IMG/VR virus record: IMGVR_UViG_3300045988_134109
Span: 1-64,000 of that record
Strand: one strand, 5' to 3'
Length of the DNA stretch: 64,000 bases
Source: a virus
Below the pieces are notes generated by a model. It searched no databases and was not told the origin of the DNA. It saw nothing but the letters and a program-made list of their open reading frames with translations. Made by a program: the position numbers and the translations under genes. Below, one piece after another: positions 55,601 to 64,000 of this stretch; positions within the stretch are counted from its first letter, which is position 1, and each line of letters begins with the position of its first letter.

Positions 55601-55720
55601 CTTTTCACGAGCAGCATCAACCTTCTGCTGTTTGTACATCATGACGTCCTTAACAAGATCTATGTTGTAAGGACTAACATACGGGGCATATTGCCTTAAA
55701 ATACTATACTGTGAAGCCAC
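52697..55720 (-). CDS. large virion-associated hypothetical protein (1007 aa)
   Basis: GTG start preceded by AAGAAGGAGGA, overlapping the TAG stop of the upstream gene; TAA stop. Confidence 0.75.
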   Translation of the reverse strand: MASQYSILRQYAPYVSPYNIDLVKDVMMYKQQKVDAAREKIYTQVDYLMGQEIDKPEARAYMEDKMSGVIANINQKFKGVDLSSDGVTRAIQGEISSVLDDTVINAIAGTKEGRRMHKMLSDLQINNPELYSAANAYATLKPYNEWVNDGKAGSRLAPLQYTPYTDYNKELKDRIDFISKLHKGAKVQIPILDKDGHPTGAVQEVTKDMLTPEQIASFALSGLSDKARQQMQVEAIYMVDSNPSLYSYDSVLGFMNKQISDKQRYVDALTADLSGLGSDPAKKEMVENEIKRAKSEIASMKSEFSRMDERTYDPYLGAMKVIENNFINNAAASYAYDNSSFIIKADELYWKTKEYNQRERLANLNFEKWKIEFEYERNRDIAEFEYGKNKDEARFGLDEERLKMQNRLNEARIAKLMSSGAGAAGGRAGSRAMQVGVGTNSGGTISANPIETKNISISEETHKKFNKAYTDLVTSGSRLSTALGAENMKNIQAAISRNMTDETSGYKYLMDEEKLLKYIKDNGGLSNDMFDKLPMAERKAATDAYMQLNSAVDKMDIENDRIKKENKIYDNIVSEIANAIAQKEGGKPEEYIAYATALSLNDILRKNRGTVGDVESGVRYYEKGFSPADIATIRKRVKNDGIDLSKVFERDSKSGRYFLKKYDDVKNSFSDGEEKVFFNALYSISGMEGVGNYAVSDINIADQITKVQDDGINEIRKEYLELYSPNTVTYSTKLTSKEAGYREMGVLRDLFTKKMAEHPVGKSKSSSATIESFSLTESGIADNGEKTYSLVANHTGEREEIDIVEVSETELINNGIDPGINTPSVDIGGYESGIIRPTFGSDTNMWYPKMLENSDISPAYASVSSMMKVLSDMINESGNNLDDMPEQKVWLLNAAKDILDNSGKLGVKVEGYDPKTSYGYGYETRLYLMENGKPELIDSFDTPNVWFADNVSKELAVAPQKKIVVFVVPAITEEIKDMVAAKEGGNLPTSLNKNGKLMKLLNSVNRE

Positions 55721-58575
55721 TATTTGGTCCTCCTTCTTCTTTTATTTTCGTCATCTTCTTCATTTAAACTTCTCAAGTAAGGTGTAGAATAATCACCCAT
55801 ATTCATCACATCCTGATTACCTTGAACGTAAATAATTTGGCCACTTGGAAGCATTCTCATATTCGGAGCTATGGAAGCTATGGTATTCAACGATGTACGA
55901 ACATTGAACTTATTCTGTATTTCGCTGTTTATGCTATCATAATAACGAGCAAGATTTTCATCCCTTATAGCCATAGCCTTCAATAACCCAGATTCATAAC
56001 GTTGCCTTTCCGCTATGTTCTTATCGTCTGTCTGAACATAAGCCATTTCATTGAATCTATCAGCTTCGTTTATTTGCCTTGCGTTATTGAAATTTACTTC
56101 GTTAATGTACTTGGCTATATTGCTTCCGGCTATGGCGTTCATATTAGCCAGAATAGCAGAGCGCTGGGAGTCGGGCACGTCACCTACTGCGTCCAACTGA
56201 GCCGATGTCGCGCGGTTGAGCTCGTTGATATACTGATCAGCAGATTGCAGAACCGGATCTATTCTCGGAGCCTGATGCCTTTCCAATCCCTCTATCTCCA
56301 AGCCTGTATCGAGCGTTCTCAGCATCTCCGGGAAGATAGGACCGAACGCCGCCGGTCTGCCCTGTCCTTTAGGTCCGTTGTCTTCAACCACCTCCTCTGT
56401 ATCGGTGTCGGTTGCAGTCGTAGGCGTACTTGCTTTCGGTTTTACCTCTATCCTTCCAGGAGATCCAATCTTAGGCGGTGTAAGGCCTGGTGCTATGGGA
56501 CCGGCCTCAATAGGCTTCATTTCTGGTTTAACAGACTCAAGAACGAAGTCTATTTCCGGCATTAACCCACTATCTCTTAAAGCAACAAACTTATTATAAT
56601 CGGAGCCCAGAATCTTCTTAGCGGCATCAGATTTATCACCAAATAAGTCAACATAATTCTTTATTCCTTTTTCGTTTAACAATCTTTTTTGCTCTGCCGA
56701 AACAACGTCCAACCCATAATAAGAACGAGTAGCTGTTGTCTGACCAAACTTATCATCTACGGCAAATGAATTATAAGCCTGATTCCCTCCGTAGCTTCCG
56801 GCGTCCTGGCCCCAGAATCCGTATTCATCTCTGAATTTCTTGGCTGCATCAGCATTCGTAATAGCGCCTACATCAGCTAACGCCCACAATGCATTTAATT
56901 GCCTGTTGTATCCTTTCTGGAAACCTTCTGTATCAAAATCACCATCCGTATTGTACTTGTTAGCCCATCGGTTTACGTCGAGCAAATTAGATACCGCCTT
57001 ATCATTTACCCTGCCGTATCCTAAATTGCTTCTATGTTGGAGATTCTGGTTGGCATTGACACTGGAATCAGGATTAAGAATCTGCTCACGACCGCTAACA
57101 TCAGATACAGTCATATTAAGAGTTCGTCCAAATAACTGATTGATAAGCTTATTGTAGCCGATAGCATTCTTTCTAAGTTCCTCCAGCTCCTTCTGAGTAG
57201 GTCCACCTTCAGCCATTTTCCTGGTTTGCTTAACATACTCGTCATATATCCAGTTCTTGGCATCTGATTCTGCAATATTAAAAGCCTTGGCTTGTTTCTT
57301 TACCTGATTCAGATCAACAACCCCGCCATCCCTGAAGAAAGCATCCATCTTCTCGTTACGCTTAGATTCTTCCTGTTTACCATAAACGATTTCAGCGAAA
57401 GAACGAAATTGTGCTTCAAGTTCGTCTATCTCTTTCTGGTTTTCATTGACGTACTTGGAAAGAATAGAAGCATTAAGATTAGATGTATTTTTATCTTTTA
57501 CATCTTCATTTTTCTCTAATCTCTTATATACACGCTCCTGATCTTCGTACTTATCAGACAAACCGATCTTTTTCTTATATCGATCAAGGAGTGTAGCATA
57601 CGTATCTTTAGACGTTGCCTTAATACCGTAGTTTTCTCTAACGTAAGAGGCAAAATCATCATCTATCTTACGATAATCGGAAACAATATAAGCTTCCGGT
57701 AAATCAACTGGAGTGCCACCATCTTCATGTCTGTTACCTTTTGCCTCCATAGGCCCCACTGAATCAGGCGTCAGTACATACTCACCTTTTTCTATCTCTA
57801 CATTCGCAGCATCTTCCATAGACTTGGGAAGAGGGTAAATATATTCGCCGGTCATATCAGACGTATCCATCTTCTGACCGTTACCTAAATTCACGCCACC
57901 GCCTTCACGTTCCCACTTGATGAATTGCTGACGACGCTCCTTGGCAAGTTTTTCCCTTGCAGCCTGCTCGTCTCTGCTGGCAGCATATGCAGCAGATGAA
58001 GCTCCCATGATATTACGGGTAAGACCTAATCCTAAACTAATACCAGACAAGGCGGCTTGAGCCACGTTAGCACCCACCTTATTACCGGCTCTTATCCGAC
58101 CAAGGCTTGTACCGAACATTTGAGCCCTACTTCCAAGATCAGGCGAATAATATGGCATAGTCATAGGATCCATAGGATTACCATCTTGGGAACGCTTTTC
58201 TTTAGAAGAATCAGCATCAACACCACCTACATTCATTGCATCATTAACGACTGATTTCTCTACGTTTTTAACCATGCTCCTATTATCAGCGAGATATCCT
58301 GCATATCCTGCATCATTATTTTCAAAAAACTGATCGGATGTAGGCATACTACTAAATGGATTTATCTCCCCCTCCTCTGTTTCTAAAGTCACATCAGAAG
58401 GCATATATATATTCTGAATATCAGATTCACCCCATTTATTAACAGGCGTTCCATAATCAAGAATAGGCTGAGTAGAGGATACATTAATATCCTGTTTTTT
58501 ATCCTGAACACTACCACCAGGAGCAAATACCGGACGATTTTTCACTATTCGTAATTTCATACCATCTTTTTTCAC
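55720..58575 (-). CDS. large virion-associated hypothetical protein (951 aa by track; 946 aa from the ATG at 58560)
   Basis: the track start is GTG at 58575 and the first ATG is at 58560; TAG stop. Confidence 0.75.
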   Translation of the reverse strand: MKKDGMKLRIVKNRPVFAPGGSVQDKKQDINVSSTQPILDYGTPVNKWGESDIQNIYMPSDVTLETEEGEINPFSSMPTSDQFFENNDAGYAGYLADNRSMVKNVEKSVVNDAMNVGGVDADSSKEKRSQDGNPMDPMTMPYYSPDLGSRAQMFGTSLGRIRAGNKVGANVAQAALSGISLGLGLTRNIMGASSAAYAASRDEQAAREKLAKERRQQFIKWEREGGGVNLGNGQKMDTSDMTGEYIYPLPKSMEDAANVEIEKGEYVLTPDSVGPMEAKGNRHEDGGTPVDLPEAYIVSDYRKIDDDFASYVRENYGIKATSKDTYATLLDRYKKKIGLSDKYEDQERVYKRLEKNEDVKDKNTSNLNASILSKYVNENQKEIDELEAQFRSFAEIVYGKQEESKRNEKMDAFFRDGGVVDLNQVKKQAKAFNIAESDAKNWIYDEYVKQTRKMAEGGPTQKELEELRKNAIGYNKLINQLFGRTLNMTVSDVSGREQILNPDSSVNANQNLQHRSNLGYGRVNDKAVSNLLDVNRWANKYNTDGDFDTEGFQKGYNRQLNALWALADVGAITNADAAKKFRDEYGFWGQDAGSYGGNQAYNSFAVDDKFGQTTATRSYYGLDVVSAEQKRLLNEKGIKNYVDLFGDKSDAAKKILGSDYNKFVALRDSGLMPEIDFVLESVKPEMKPIEAGPIAPGLTPPKIGSPGRIEVKPKASTPTTATDTDTEEVVEDNGPKGQGRPAAFGPIFPEMLRTLDTGLEIEGLERHQAPRIDPVLQSADQYINELNRATSAQLDAVGDVPDSQRSAILANMNAIAGSNIAKYINEVNFNNARQINEADRFNEMAYVQTDDKNIAERQRYESGLLKAMAIRDENLARYYDSINSEIQNKFNVRTSLNTIASIAPNMRMLPSGQIIYVQGNQDVMNMGDYSTPYLRSLNEEDDENKRRRRTK

Positions 58576-58628
58576 AAAGATAAGAGAAACGAACGAGAAA
58601 ATCCAACGTTATGGGATACGTTTAAAAA

Positions 58629-59648
58629 TCAATCATGTACGGCAGACAAACCGCCCGAATCAGGGTCGTACTTAAGACCGCATGCCCGGCGATAGTTCTT
58701 AAGCGCTCTCTTGTACAAAAACAGCACTGTCTTGGAAACTATTTTCTTCATAGATTTGGTTAAAACCTCTTCTGTTGAAACAGACATCAGACAGCTATTC
58801 AAAAACGACCTGACATTGGAACCGAACAAGATCTTCACCATTTTTCTAAACGTTCTAAAAAGATATGATGCAGAAAGAGACTTTAACCCATTGCGAACCA
58901 GTCTCTTATTCAAATACGAAACAGCCTTTTCAGATAGACAGAGCCTATTCTTTCCTTCGCTATCTACCTCTGATGAAAACCACGAATATAAAGTGGTAGG
59001 ATGTTTCTTAAGGTGATTGATGAAGGAAGTCATTATCCCTTCTTTTAAAGCCCTTTTGTGGGCTACGCATGCAGCAATCTTCTCTTCTCTTTTTAAAGAG
59101 CTGTCAAGGCATCTAAACACCGTCCTATCGTCTCCGATGAAATACTGAGGACGTTCTTCCTTGAACTTAGCCCGATAAGCGGCATATCCTTCCTTACGAA
59201 GCATATCTATCTGAGACCGGATATAGAACCTTACACACTTTTCTTCAGCCTCTTGCACGCTTTTAAGATAAGGAACTGACTTTCTCCCATATCGAAGATA
59301 ATCGTAAACCATAGCCTCAATAAAGTCATTGTACGGAAAGAATCTTCCAAATCCAAAGTTCCAAACTATGAAACATCGCACTCTATCTTTCCAGTAATCA
59401 GATATGAGAAAATTACTACAATATCTCAACTTCCTGTTTTTCTGATAGAAATGATGAGTATGTTTGTCATAAAATAGATTAAAATATCTCAAATTGCCCA
59501 AACACTGACCGGCTGGACGGCGTACTACATTGTACCCTAAGTTGCTGAAGCTATTGTATATAACTTCTATCGGAGAGACCTGCTCTTTCTTGAAGAGCTT
59601 GTCGTGTAACTTGTGAGGATTCATTATTTCAGTTATTTTTGTCTCCAT
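58629..59648 (-). CDS. orphan basic/aromatic-rich protein (339 aa) inserted between giant structural genes
   Basis: ATG start preceded by TATATTTG and directly downstream (on the minus strand) of the hairpin at 59708-59748; no recognisable domain. Confidence 0.6.
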   Translation of the reverse strand: METKITEIMNPHKLHDKLFKKEQVSPIEVIYNSFSNLGYNVVRRPAGQCLGNLRYFNLFYDKHTHHFYQKNRKLRYCSNFLISDYWKDRVRCFIVWNFGFGRFFPYNDFIEAMVYDYLRYGRKSVPYLKSVQEAEEKCVRFYIRSQIDMLRKEGYAAYRAKFKEERPQYFIGDDRTVFRCLDSSLKREEKIAACVAHKRALKEGIMTSFINHLKKHPTTLYSWFSSEVDSEGKNRLCLSEKAVSYLNKRLVRNGLKSLSASYLFRTFRKMVKILFGSNVRSFLNSCLMSVSTEEVLTKSMKKIVSKTVLFLYKRALKNYRRACGLKYDPDSGGLSAVHD

Positions 59649-59707
59649 ATTGTTTTTGTTTTTTAGTGCAAATATATGATTTTATATAAAAAGAAGAAAA
59701 TGCACTG

Positions 59708-59748
59708 CCTTGTATCCGGTTTGAGAGAAATAGGATACAAGGTTTTTT
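59708..59748 (+). terminator. strong hairpin (CCTTGTATCC / GGATACAAGG, 15-nt loop) followed by T6 on the plus strand and by a U-rich stretch on the minus strand
   Basis: 10-bp perfect stem; plus strand TTTTTT immediately 3'; the minus strand reads CAGUGCAUUUUCUUCUUUUU 3' of the stem. Confidence 0.6.
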
Positions 59749-59749
59749 A

Positions 59750-60400
59750 TTTTATGACGGTTTGGATAAGAGACAGGAAAACGACTCTGAACGTAACCGA
59801 CTGACCGTCAGTGGTGGGACAACAAATCTTGAATTAAAACTACGCCTATGAATAGTCTCCGTTTTCCTTAATATTAAGACCATTTTCAATGATCTTACTC
59901 ATTATATTATTTATATTATTTTATATACTTTACCATTTATTCATATAATTGTTTGCAGTGAATGAACTTAACGACTGAAGGGAGTTAAGTGAGTGAACGG
60001 ATTGACAAATTACTTTTTCCGTCTATTGTATTGTTTGCCTAATTGTGTTAAAAGATTGAGTATCGTGACCGAAGGGAACGATGCGAAAGAACATATAATA
60101 TTTAAAAACGACTGAACCTATCGACTGAAGGGAGATAGGTGATGGAGTGACGTTAATAATTATATTAGATAGCCAGTGGAGAATTAGGCAGGCTGGTAGG
60201 CGAGACGAGCGTCCATGCCCGTCAGGACAGTGGAAGTACGTAGGTCTGTTCTGTTAAACCAAGACGATGATAGTTCCATCCTTCACGAAATTGCACAAAA
60301 AAGCCGGATTATCTTGATATCGTTCTTCAACCTTTGGTATCCGCATAACGAGTCTCAAATCCGGCTTCGCTTTATTAATATGAGAAATAAAATAATTGTT
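59750..60400. other. 650-bp non-coding, locally GC-rich region with three stem-loops sharing the loop GAC(T/C)GAAGGGA; candidate structured RNA or protein-binding array
   Basis: hairpins at 59967-59989 (CTTAAC/GTTAAG), 60062-60082 (ATCGT/ACGAT) and 60117-60139 (CCTATC/GATAGG) have different stems but the same 11-nt loop; additional partial CGACTGA copies at 59782, 59798 and 60109. Confidence 0.5.
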
Positions 60401-63400
60401 CTAATTATCAGTGACGCCTTTAATGCGAAGCTGTATATTGGGAAGCACGGCATTAATCAAAGCCATTTTCTTCTCCTCTTCGCTTTCTTTTTCATGCTGT
60501 CTATACATCATATTATAATCACTGTCATCACCATCCTTTTTCCCGTCTAACGTCAGTAAATGATTTATGATGTCTTTACCATACGTTTCAGTCCATGTAC
60601 GGAATCTCTCTTCCTCGGACTGTCTCTCCTGGGACGGAGCTTCCGGGTTAGGGAGGGCGGCTGCCACTTCTACCTCTGGAAGTGTTACCGATGCTGCTAT
60701 TTCTCCATCATCTCCGAATCCCATTTGACCATACGAAGATACGGAATTTTCTTCAATATCCAAACCAAGATTTTTAGCAACTTCCATAGCATAGTTATAA
60801 CGGTCATCGTTTCTTATAACACTCTTATGAGGACGTCCTGCTCCTTGGTTCCAAGCTACTACTGCATCCTTAAGGTTATCGGCGTTCATAAAATCCTGCC
60901 GGCTGTAGTTGTAATATCCTGGTCCTTCTTTTCCTTTTCTTGTGTATAAGAAATTAGAATATCCGGTTTTCCCTTCGTATTCGTCAGCCAAAAACTCAAG
61001 TTGGTCTTTGAATGTGGGTGTAGAATGACCTTTCTTTTTGGCGTGCTTGAATAACTTATCCATGCGCTCATTATGCCATTGTTGTATGCCGTATGATGTT
61101 CTGTTGTCTCCATATATGTCATCTTTAAGACCGGATTCAGCCATGAGATTGCCTATGATGGCTAGCGCCTGTATCTTAGACATGCCGCGCTTATTAGTAA
61201 AGTAATCATATGCTTCACGCTGCTTGCCAATTACGCCACCTTCTTCAGCAAACACAATGCTTTTACTCGGTTTATCGTTTTCATAGAAATACATGAATTT
61301 CCTACTTGGAATCCTGTGTGATGCATCTTTCGGATCTCCGTATTCTTTTTTATGATCAATAAAACGAAAACCAGCTTTGTATGGAGTAAGCTTCCCTCCG
61401 TTTCTTTTCTTTTCTTTTTTAGGATTAGCAATCTTATCCCCTACATAGTAGGCCCCTAATCCCACCGAGGCGTGATCTGTTATCCATTTGGCAGCCTTTT
61501 TATAGTCTGATATGGATTCAAAATATTCTTTCATCTCATTATCATACCCATAATCCTTCAAGTAATTTCTGGCTGCATATTCTAACATTTCAGGCGTCAC
61601 TTCTTGAGCATCATCGGTCAAACCAAAATAATTTTTAATCTGAGTTCCTCTGGCCGCCATTTCCGTAAAATGATCCTCTTTGAAATAATCTTTTACTTCA
61701 TCATCATCTATCTTATTCAAATCAAATCCGTTTTTATCTGCGCCTGAATCTGGATAATGAATTTTGTGTTCCACTTCATGACTTTTCACAAAATTCTCTA
61801 CATCCTTGTTAGATATATTGGGGTTTCTTTCGAGAAATAAATCAATGAACTTATCAACGTTTTTAGACCTGATTATATTTCCATTTAATACCCCATATCC
61901 AGATATTTCATCTATTATCTCCCTTATCTCATCATCAGAGTATTCATCTCCTAAAAAATACTTTGCATCCCTGAAAACTTTCGGATCATCCCAATCATAT
62001 ATGTTGGTATCAAGCATATCCGGATCTGGCTCCCCATTTTTCATCCTTAACCTCTCCCCAGTAAGCCTTTCATAGGCTCCAGAGAAAAGTCGCTTTTTAT
62101 GATTTTCCCATGCCTCGCCTATAGGAGATGCTGGTTTAGCATATTCAGGCAACGATCCTAAAAGTTCTTTATCTCTTTGAGATAGTTTTTTAGTAGCTCT
62201 TTTCGCTTGCATTGCTTTTTTCGATATACCTCCTACAAAAGGAATAAGACCCATAGCGGCCATAACCATTCCAAGCGCATCTCTATCTATGAAAGAATCA
62301 TACGCATCCTTGACGTCCATTATATCACCTACTACAGGAATGCCTCCAGCTACAATTTCGTTGATATCCACGCCATCAACAGGGATCGTGCCATAATTAG
62401 CATTTTCATTTATTCCGCTTGACCCTACTGATGTATTATCCTTAGATGCAATGTACCTATATTTAGATCCGTTTTCTTCATCTACGGCTCCTCCTTCTTT
62501 TTTTATATTGGTATTGTATCTCTTTCCATTCCATGTAAATTCCTTAAGACCTCTTTTCCTGGCTTCTTTAAAGGCTTCGCCTCTTGTAGTGGAAATCGGG
62601 TCTTGTAATTCAAGATCGTTTTTTATGTCAAGAATAGCATCAATAATACTATTATTCTTTTTATCAGCATCATCTGAATTATTAACATTATCCGTAACAT
62701 AAGATTGGCTTATCAAGTTTGATACGCTCTTTCTGTTTTTATAAGTCCCTTCTTTATCTGATGGAGCTTCAAAAGCATATACAAGTGGATACGAATAATC
62801 CGTATCTGGATCTTCTGACATAAATTCGTTTACTGCATGAATAGCTTTTTTGTATTTAGTATCTTTTATACTATACTTCCCAGCATCTTGAACATGATCA
62901 TAAAATCTGTCTATCATATAGTTGATATATCCACGCTTATCGCTCTTAAATCTCTCTTTATCTCTTTCAAACTCTTTTGGCGGATATCTTTTGTAATATT
63001 CTTGAAAAAGTCCCCTAAATTTTCCATCCTCAGATACAGCGTAGGGGTTTCCACCAGATTCTTCAATAATATTTCCAAGTACGGCTTCTATCTGGCGTTG
63101 ATTAAAACCTTTATCATATAAAGCATCATAGATCATATTCATCCCTTCTACGTCCATAGTACGATGCTTACCCTTACCCACACGCTTCATATTTTCATAT
63201 TTGGATTTGAATAAATCCCAATCTATTTCCGGCTTAGAAGAATCCCCTCCTTGTTTTTTGGATCTTATCTCCATCCTTTTATCCAAATCATTCTTTGAAT
63301 CAATAATGGATCTAAACAGGATCTTGTTTGGATCATTCTCTTCGTATGGGATTTTATCTTCTACATAATCCCTTATTTCAAAAGGATATCCTATTGTATC

Positions 63401-63961
63401 AAGAGTCTTAGTAACAACCCCAACACCAAAAGGTTGATCGCTTCTATAAAAATCGTACTTATCTTTCACAACCATCCTACCTCTATCATCACGGTACATG
63501 GTAAAACTTGATAAGCCTGATAAATCATTTAAATCTCCGTAAGCATCCGGTATAAAATTATATTCGTTAAATACCTGATGTTCCCCGGTTCTGGCTTTTT
63601 TTAAGAGATCTATACCCTCTTCTACCATTCCAAGTTTCCTGCTCGTTACATCCCTTAACTCCTCCAAATCAGATACGTCCTTGCCTGCAACTTTTCCATC
63701 AATTATCTTATTATCTAAGGAATCAAGCTCCTTCCCATATTTTTTAGCCATTTTCTCCCACCCACCATTTATCCTGTCAGATATAATGGATTTGATATTA
63801 TCTGGTATTCTAACAATCCCGTTTTCCTCTTTCAGGTTATTTGGTTGGTTTAAGAATCTAAACCAAAGATTCTGACTAAAATCATCTACATTGGCTTTCG
63901 GAACATCTTGACCAAAAAATTCCATTATTTTGGTTTTCAATCCTCTTTCGTTAGCATACAC
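60401..63961 (-). CDS. giant virion-associated peptidoglycan hydrolase with two SLT/GH23-like lysozyme domains (at least 1186 aa; N-terminus may lie beyond the window)
   Basis: two copies of the lytic-transglycosylase signature: VLGNIIEESGGNPYAVSEDGKFRGLFQE and IIGNLMAESGL...YGIQQW; TAG stop. Confidence 0.75.
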   Translation of the reverse strand: MYANERGLKTKIMEFFGQDVPKANVDDFSQNLWFRFLNQPNNLKEENGIVRIPDNIKSIISDRINGGWEKMAKKYGKELDSLDNKIIDGKVAGKDVSDLEELRDVTSRKLGMVEEGIDLLKKARTGEHQVFNEYNFIPDAYGDLNDLSGLSSFTMYRDDRGRMVVKDKYDFYRSDQPFGVGVVTKTLDTIGYPFEIRDYVEDKIPYEENDPNKILFRSIIDSKNDLDKRMEIRSKKQGGDSSKPEIDWDLFKSKYENMKRVGKGKHRTMDVEGMNMIYDALYDKGFNQRQIEAVLGNIIEESGGNPYAVSEDGKFRGLFQEYYKRYPPKEFERDKERFKSDKRGYINYMIDRFYDHVQDAGKYSIKDTKYKKAIHAVNEFMSEDPDTDYSYPLVYAFEAPSDKEGTYKNRKSVSNLISQSYVTDNVNNSDDADKKNNSIIDAILDIKNDLELQDPISTTRGEAFKEARKRGLKEFTWNGKRYNTNIKKEGGAVDEENGSKYRYIASKDNTSVGSSGINENANYGTIPVDGVDINEIVAGGIPVVGDIMDVKDAYDSFIDRDALGMVMAAMGLIPFVGGISKKAMQAKRATKKLSQRDKELLGSLPEYAKPASPIGEAWENHKKRLFSGAYERLTGERLRMKNGEPDPDMLDTNIYDWDDPKVFRDAKYFLGDEYSDDEIREIIDEISGYGVLNGNIIRSKNVDKFIDLFLERNPNISNKDVENFVKSHEVEHKIHYPDSGADKNGFDLNKIDDDEVKDYFKEDHFTEMAARGTQIKNYFGLTDDAQEVTPEMLEYAARNYLKDYGYDNEMKEYFESISDYKKAAKWITDHASVGLGAYYVGDKIANPKKEKKRNGGKLTPYKAGFRFIDHKKEYGDPKDASHRIPSRKFMYFYENDKPSKSIVFAEEGGVIGKQREAYDYFTNKRGMSKIQALAIIGNLMAESGLKDDIYGDNRTSYGIQQWHNERMDKLFKHAKKKGHSTPTFKDQLEFLADEYEGKTGYSNFLYTRKGKEGPGYYNYSRQDFMNADNLKDAVVAWNQGAGRPHKSVIRNDDRYNYAMEVAKNLGLDIEENSVSSYGQMGFGDDGEIAASVTLPEVEVAAALPNPEAPSQERQSEEERFRTWTETYGKDIINHLLTLDGKKDGDDSDYNMMYRQHEKESEEEKKMALINAVLPNIQLRIKGVTDN

Positions 63962-64000
63962 ATCAGGTGTTATATTAGATGCCAGATATTCTCTAAGCTT

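Noticed and set aside
42429-59690. Bacteroidota-type -7 promoter motif TAnnTTTG (TATATTTG upstream of the starts at 42429 and 59648) as evidence for a Bacteroides host
   Set aside because: There are only two instances. Many genes carry strong AAGGAGG Shine-Dalgarno sequences (687, 922, 20053, 23640, 28632, 30603, 33429, 46280, 55720), which is atypical for Bacteroides. The host therefore remains unassigned.
59750-60400. Group I or group II intron, or intron-split gene, between the 951-aa and 1186-aa genes
   Set aside because: Both flanking genes have their own stop and start. I could not find P7/G-binding-site or domain V consensus sequences. It is kept as a structured element of unknown class instead.
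34233-63961. Stop-codon reassignment (TAG or TGA recoding) as seen in some large gut phages
   Set aside because: Six ORFs of 750-2150 aa are uninterrupted in the standard code. Their ends use TAA, TAG and TGA alike (TAG at 35518, 55720 and 60401; TGA at 46283; TAA at 43465 and 52697). Reading through the TAGs adds only a few codons.

Overview
This is an AT-rich bacteriophage genome segment of roughly 36-38% GC (estimated by eye), translated cleanly with the standard genetic code, and organised as two convergent modules. Bases 300-33,911 carry about 70 mostly small plus-strand genes, an early/replication module. Recognisable products there include a DnaG-like primase with a zinc-binding domain and a TOPRIM domain. 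Others are a DnaB-like replicative helicase, an SF2 DNA helicase whose P-loop is interrupted by a full intein carrying a LAGLIDADG homing endonuclease, and two RecB/Cas4-family PD-(D/E)xK nucleases. The block also encodes a MazG-like dATP/dGTP pyrophosphohydrolase domain protein, an ACP-like protein immediately followed by an NfeD-like protein and a flotillin (SPFH) protein, and a full-length 396-aa TnpB. From 34,233 to the window end the genes are on the minus strand and are dominated by giant virion, tail or ejection-type proteins (2148, 2136, 1186+, 1007, 951 and 752 aa). The 1186+ aa protein has two SLT/lysozyme-like domains. The 2136-aa protein has a Gly/Ala-rich hydrophobic block. Three small paralogs in this block all begin MRRRF. 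A decayed IS200/IS605-type element (TnpB-only) is present in three copies. One copy (28,861-29,776) splits a phage gene whose reading frame is restored exactly by in-silico excision. Another (10,203-10,514) is internally deleted. The third (42,783-42,915) is a solo 133-bp right-end fragment of omega-RNA-scaffold length. The non-coding features are these: tandem repeat arrays at 1-276; two tRNA-like T-arm/acceptor fragments; two terminator hairpins with an identical GNRA-capped apex but co-varying stems; and a 650-bp intergenic region (59,750-60,400) holding three stem-loops with an identical 11-nt loop and different stems. There is no CRISPR array and no rRNA. I cannot assign the host. Many genes have strong AAGGAGG-type Shine-Dalgarno sequences, so a low-GC Gram-positive host is plausible; two TAnnTTTG motifs near gene starts fit Bacteroidota instead. 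All functional calls are motif-level inferences from reading the translations; no database search was run.
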